64,000 nucleotides of DNA, taken from positions 434,001-498,000 of the forward strand of contig MCFH01000031.1 of NCBI GenBank assembly GCA_002104945.1, in the 5' to 3' direction. A program made the position numbers and the translations under genes. This stretch comes from Piromyces finnis finn (Eukaryota > Fungi > Neocallimastigomycota). The notes under the pieces were generated by a model. That model had not been told where the DNA came from. It saw only the letters and a program-made list of their open reading frames with translations, and ran no database searches. Shown piece after piece: positions 58,335 to 64,000 of the stretch (positions are counted from its first letter, which is position 1; the number at the start of each line of letters is the position of its first letter).

Positions 58335-61300
58335 GAAATTAGATTTAGATAATAATATAATGAATTTGGATTTTAAACCAGAAGATTATTTAAATAGATC
58401 TATTAGTTTAGATTTGAGTAATGAACTAGAAAGTATTATTGAAAAGGCAAAAAGAGATAAAAATAATATTTTCAGCAGTTTAATAAATTATTCATTGGAT
58501 TCTTCATCGGATTTAGTAAAGCAAAATACAAATTTTCATGATAATATTTTATTAAATATAGAAGATGATGAGGATAATAGTCTTATTAAAAGTATATATT
58601 CAAATATTTCTTTTAAAATTCCTGAAAATATATTTAATTCAAAAGAATACATAAACTTAAAAAATAATAATGAAGATAATGAAGATTTAAAGACATCAAT
58701 GAATAATAATTTAAGAGATAAAAATCTTAAACATAATCATTTAGAGGAAGATTTTCAGTTTCAAATAGATAACTTAAAAAAATATATTTATAATAATAAT
58801 AATAATATAAACTCTGAAGTTCCTAGTTTTAGATTAAATACATCTTTTAATTATTCTGAAATAAACAATGATTTCCAGAAATTAAAAGAAAGTCAAAATT
58901 TTAAAACAGAGATAATAAGTATGTTATAAATAATTTATTTATTTATTAAGATAATATAGTATTATTCATCTAATAATTACTCAATAAATATTGTTCATTA
59001 ATATATAAAAAAGATAATGAAGACCTTATACCAAAATTATACAATGAAAGTGAGCATAATTTACCAAAAGTAATTATTTTATTATAAAATTATATATATA
59101 TATTATTATATATTATTGTAAGTTATTAATAATTAATTATAATTATTTAAAAATTTTACTACTATCTTAATAGGGTATCTTTCAAACTGTATATTAATTA
59201 AGATATTATCATTATTTTTAATCCTTTTTTTAAAAAAAAAAAATAAAAAATAAATTTTTTATAATTAATCAGATAGTTTTAATAATGATGAATATAACAA
59301 TAATTTAAGAAAAAGTTATATTTTTACACCACAAAGCTCTTATTTGTCTTATGAAGTTTTAAAAACATCAATCAATGATAATGGAATAACTAATAAAAAA
59401 AATGATGAAAAAAAAATAAATATAAATAAAAATAGTTTTATTACAGGAAAAAACGAAGACTCAAGTATCTACGAATATATAAATTATAAAGATGACATAA
59501 ATGATGACAATAATGAAAATGAAATAAAAAATATAAAAGAAAAAAATTACGATAATTACAACGAAGATTCATCCATTCTTTGTGAATCAATAAGAAGTTC
59601 AAGTTCTAATAATACAAATAATACATTAACATTATACAATATTAACGAATATAAAAAGAAGAAAAATAATAAAAACTATAATAAAATTAAAAATAACGAT
59701 ATTGAATATATAAATAGAAAAGAAGGTTATGATATACAAAATAATAATAATAATTGTAATATAAAAAATATCACTAATATTATCAGTAGTAACGACAAAT
59801 TTAATGAAGATATTAAAAAAGATATTATAAACAAAGATACGATAAATCCAAAAATAAGTATTGATTATTCAACAACTTTAAATAATACTCAAAACAATGA
59901 GAGTAAAATTAGTAAACAAAATGTTGGTATTAATAAAAATGACATTAAAAATAATAATGGAAACTATAATAATTTCATATATGAAAATCCTATATTCAAA
60001 AAAAATGATAATCATTTGGTAAAAAATTATAATAATCTCATTAGTGAACATAAAACTAATAATATCTTAAATTTAGAAAATTCTAATAGAAAAAGTTTGA
60101 ATTTAGAAAATGAAAAATATATAAAAGAATTAAAAGAAACTGTACTCTTTTTATCTAATCAATTGAAAAATTTAAATGAAAAAACAAAACAAATGGAAGA
60201 AAAAATAAATGTATTCGAAAAAAATAATACAAAATTAGAGAATAAAGTAGAAATAGAAAATAAAAATAATATAATAAAATTTAATACAGATGTAGAAAAC
60301 ATAAAACAATATACAATTAACCTAATTAATTCATCAATAAAAAGTTTTGAATCTTCAATTATGGAAAAAATAAAAAATTATGTTAATGATATGTTTGATA
60401 ATTTAGATTGTATATCTGATAATAAATTAAAGAAAATTTTAGTACAAGAGTTTGAAGAGTATGAAAATAAAATTACAAATAAAATATTAAATGAAATACA
60501 ATTAAATAATGTGAATAGTTATAATTATAATAATGATAATTTTACTGAAAGTAAAATAAAAATTGAGAAACAAAATAATAATTCTATTAAAGATGAAAAC
60601 ATATTATTGAAACCCGAAAATTCTAACCCTAGAAAAGAAATAAATTTAAATGTTAAATCTAACCCTTTGATGATTAAAAATTCTTATAATATAAATGAAA
60701 ATGAATGTAATTACGAATATGAATATACTGATATTAATATTAACAACAACAATGATGGCTGCAATAATAATAGTAATAGTACCAATGATAATAAATCCGT
60801 AAATAGTGCTAATATTTGTACTTATAACAATGATAATAAAATTCATAATGATATATATAGTAAAGATAGTATAAAATACAATAATATAATAAATGAGCAA
60901 ACAACATTTGTAAAAACAACAAATAAAAATTTTGAAAATGAAACAAAAAATAATATACATGAAATAATAGTTAATAAAGAAGAATGTAGTCAATCAAATA
61001 AATCAGAATATAAATGGAAAAATGTACCACCATTAAAAGATTTTATTAATAAGAAAACTACGGGAACAGAATTTAAACCAACTTTTATTAAAAAAATGCA
61101 TACTCAAAATATTACAAATAAAATTCCAAAAGAAAAAAAAGGCAATAGTTTAATTAAGGATAAAAATAATAGTTCTAAAATAAAGACAAAACAACTTACC
61201 AGTGCTGGTCATCATATAAATAATGAGAAAAAGGCAGTGATTAACGATAAAAAGCCAAAGAATGAAATTAAGAACCAAGAAATACAGAATGTTGTTGATA

Positions 61301-61813
61301 TGAATAGTTTTATATCAATACCATTTATTGAAACTATTGAAGAAAGTGATTTTTATTTGCATCCAATTAAAGCAGAAAATTTAGAAAAGGATGAGAAAGA
61401 TTTTAATTATGAAAGTACAAATACTAATATTTATAATAATAAAAAGGAAGATGTTATAACATATTCTTTAAAGGAGGAGGATGAAGAAATGAAAAATATT
61501 CAAAGTATGATAGAGAGTTTAAAGAAAAGAATATCACAAAGATCAAAAACTCTTGATCCATTAAAATATCAAGGTATATATATTATAATTTACTGTTATT
61601 ATTTTTCTTATTTAATAATATTATAAATATTAAATATTTAAATATTATTATTATTATTGTTATTTTTAAGTGCGAAATTCAGTAAAAAAAGGTGCAATAA
61701 AGCCTAAAAAAAAGGTTAAACCAAAAGTTTCAACATTAAAATCCTTAAGATCACCTCCATCATATACGAAACCAACAGAAGCTTCCCGTTTAAAATCAAA
61801 AACAAGAATTTAA
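58335..61813 (+). CDS. Large Asn/Lys-rich hypothetical protein with a central coiled coil and a basic C-terminus (5' exon unresolved)
   Basis: Long open exons at about 58335-58920 and 59275-61573. An in-frame last exon 61671-61813 reads …LRSPPSYTKPTEASRLKSKTRI*. The start codon was not confidently located. Confidence 0.6.
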
Positions 61814-61874
61814 TAATTTAATTATTTAATTATCGATAACAATACAATTTATATCTATCCCCTCCCTCTCTCTC

Positions 61875-61905
<31 letters not shown>

Positions 61906-62283
61906 CTCTACAATTTTATATATTATTTCTAAAATATTTTTTATGATATACCCAAACAAAAAGTACAATCTTTTTATTAATAATACCAGATGACAAAAAA
62001 AACAAAACCATAAGCAAAAAATAAATAAAAATTTTTTTTCTATAATAAACTTTTTTTTATTTGTTAAGATTATTAGGAATTATTTTCTATTTACATAACA
62101 TGTGCATTTAAACAAAACAAATTTTCATTACAAAGAAATTTAAATTTATTTTAATCAATATTTTTTTCTTATTTTGTTTTTATTGGTATATGTTTATATA
62201 TATATAAAGTTTACAACTTAAGATAGAGCGAGTAATTAATTAATATAATATATATTATTAATATGTATATATATTATATATAT

Positions 62284-63291
62284 TTAAAGTTTTTGGTATA
62301 ATCTTAAAAAGTATCTCATGTTATTTAATTTGGTTGGATAATGAAGGGGTTGAATTTTTTCATTAGGTAATCTGTACCATACTGCATCATCTTTCAGTAT
62401 AATATCAAAGCTTTTAATCATATCAATGAGTTGGAAAATCATAATTGTTTTTTTTCTATCTCCTTCACTATTATTTACATTTAAATTTGAGAAAGAACCA
62501 GCTGAATCCACTAATAAGAAGTAAGAGCCTTTTGGTAAATTTTTAACAAGTCTAGTAATTAATTGTACTGTTTCTTTTTTAGACATGGTAAAAAGTTCGT
62601 TCATAAGAAACATTGCTGTAACTAAAGTTGCTTTTGAAATATGTTCATCAACTGTCATTCCATCAACTTTATCATTTTTTAAAACATCAGCAACAGAGGT
62701 TGAATATTTAATTCGGTTATCTTTTATATTCCATTGTTCTTTCATTGTTTTAACTAAGCTATCTTGCACTTCATTATAATTTGCATAATCCTGACAATGG
62801 ATTTCTAGACCTTGATTTTCATCGGTTGAAGAAGCAAGGTTTGCACAAGTTAAACCAACAACTTCACTACCAGCACCTGAACCCATACAATAAATATAAC
62901 CATTTGGTGTAGCTAAGATATTAGAAAGTTCAGGATAGGAAGTGAAAAGTTCATTGTATGCTAATGCTCTTGAAGGAGCATAAGCCGTTGTGTATATTGG
63001 AAGATATTTTGGTTCACTAAAAATTGCATCATATTCTCTATTATAAAAATGGGTTTTAATTTGTTGTAATATAGTTTCAAAAGCATCATTGGAAATGTGT
63101 TCCATACAGGCATCCTTAATGATATTTAAAATTGCTTGGGAAACACATGTTTGCTTACCAAGGTGATAAATATGTTCAAGAAGATGTGGATTATCTTCTT
63201 TTTTTGGTTGTAATTGTAATTTTCTACTTTCCTTTTTTTGAATTCTGGAAGCTTTTTTCTTTAATTTAGTTTTCGAATTTCTATCACTCAT
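62284..63291 (-). CDS. BMT6: 25S rRNA uridine-N3 methyltransferase, Bmt6-like, intronless
   Basis: IKTHFYNREY…AYAPSRALAY, CMGSGAGSE (SAM-binding), TAMFLMNELF, LLVDSAGSFS, WYRL…YP…MRYFLRLY. The likely start is the ATG at 63291. Confidence 0.8.
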   Translation of the reverse strand: MSDRNSKTKLKKKASRIQKKESRKLQLQPKKEDNPHLLEHIYHLGKQTCVSQAILNIIKDACMEHISNDAFETILQQIKTHFYNREYDAIFSEPKYLPIYTTAYAPSRALAYNELFTSYPELSNILATPNGYIYCMGSGAGSEVVGLTCANLASSTDENQGLEIHCQDYANYNEVQDSLVKTMKEQWNIKDNRIKYSTSVADVLKNDKVDGMTVDEHISKATLVTAMFLMNELFTMSKKETVQLITRLVKNLPKGSYFLLVDSAGSFSNLNVNNSEGDRKKTIMIFQLIDMIKSFDIILKDDAVWYRLPNEKIQPLHYPTKLNNMRYFLRLYQKL

Positions 63292-63712
63292 TTTTTTTTT
63301 TTTATCCAAAATATAAATATATTATAAAAAATAAAATATTTAAAAATTTATTTAAAATTTAAACATTTTTTATTTAATTAATAAATGTGTAATAAAGATA
63401 CAATTATAATTGTACGATAATGTATCATTAAATGTACATAATAGTATTTAAAAATAATCAAAAAGTTTGATTTTGTTTGATTGAATAAAAATAATTTTAT
63501 AGAAAATTATTGGTTAAAAATTAATGTATTTCAAATAAAAAGAAAATTTTTTGGTCAAATTTTTTTTTTCAAGTAAAAACCAGAAAGATAAAAAAAAAAA
63601 GAAAAGAAAGAATAAGAAAATAATAATAATTTTAAAGTATAATTTTGAAAGTTTCATAATTATAGATGAGAAAAGATTATTATATATTTTAAAAAATATT
63701 GATTTATATAAA

Positions 63713-63793
63713 ATAGATTTAAATGATGCTATTACCGATTAGTCTTTAAGACAAAGATAATGGTTCCAACATGCTCTTTACTGATAAATCTAT
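63713..63793 (+). ncRNA. Box C/D snoRNA, probable LSU rRNA 2'-O-methylation guide
   Basis: C-like box ATGATG at 63723 and D box CTGA at 63781, with an 8-bp terminal stem ATAGATTT/AAATCTAT. Internal CGATTAGTCTTT is antisense to the conserved LSU motif AAAGACTAATCG (recalled, not searched). Confidence 0.8.
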
Positions 63794-64000
63794 ATTATAT
63801 AAGAAATATTTTTATTTATTTATTGATATTTTGAAATGCTTAATTTTTATGAAAGTTTGTTTTATATATACATAATTAAAATGAATGTTGTGATAATAGT
63901 TATAATTTTATTTAAATGAAAGTGTGTATACATGTGTTTAAAAATAATAATTTAAAGTGTTTTTTTCCCTTTCAATAAAGCTCATCATTTTATTTATTGC

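Noticed and set aside
63551-63742. 63-aa ORF with TTG start
   Set aside because: Low complexity. Its 3' end overlaps the snoRNA, which explains the local GC signal better.

Overview
Extremely AT-rich, intron-containing eukaryotic DNA. The intergenic sequence is almost pure A/T with long homopolymers and microsatellites. Together with fungal-type Tom22 and Bmt6 and the flagellar gene IFT46, this points to an anaerobic gut fungus (Neocallimastigomycota); the taxon is my inference. The left ~42 kb is gene-sparse and accessory-like. It holds an RNI-type LRR gene, dephospho-CoA kinase, and a two-exon gene fusing a bacterial-type Rpn/PD-(D/E)XK nuclease-like domain to a long acidic tail. It also holds a tandem array of four divergent 4-TM paralogs with identical phase-0 exon architecture (three with PY-motif tails), a signal peptide-TM-SH3-polyQ receptor-like gene, tRNA-Glu(CTC), and a pile-up of 5'-truncated non-LTR retroelements upstream of the tRNA. 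The right ~22 kb is a dense housekeeping block: RPL25, TMA46, PA2G4/EBP1, SAD1/USP39, TOM22, ORC4, IFT46, an Asn-rich unknown and BMT6, followed by a box C/D snoRNA. Gene models were spliced by hand from GT..AG sites and frame continuity. Family assignments rest on remembered motifs, not database searches. The best candidates for something undescribed are the Rpn-like fusion gene and the 4-TM/PY-motif paralog array beside it.
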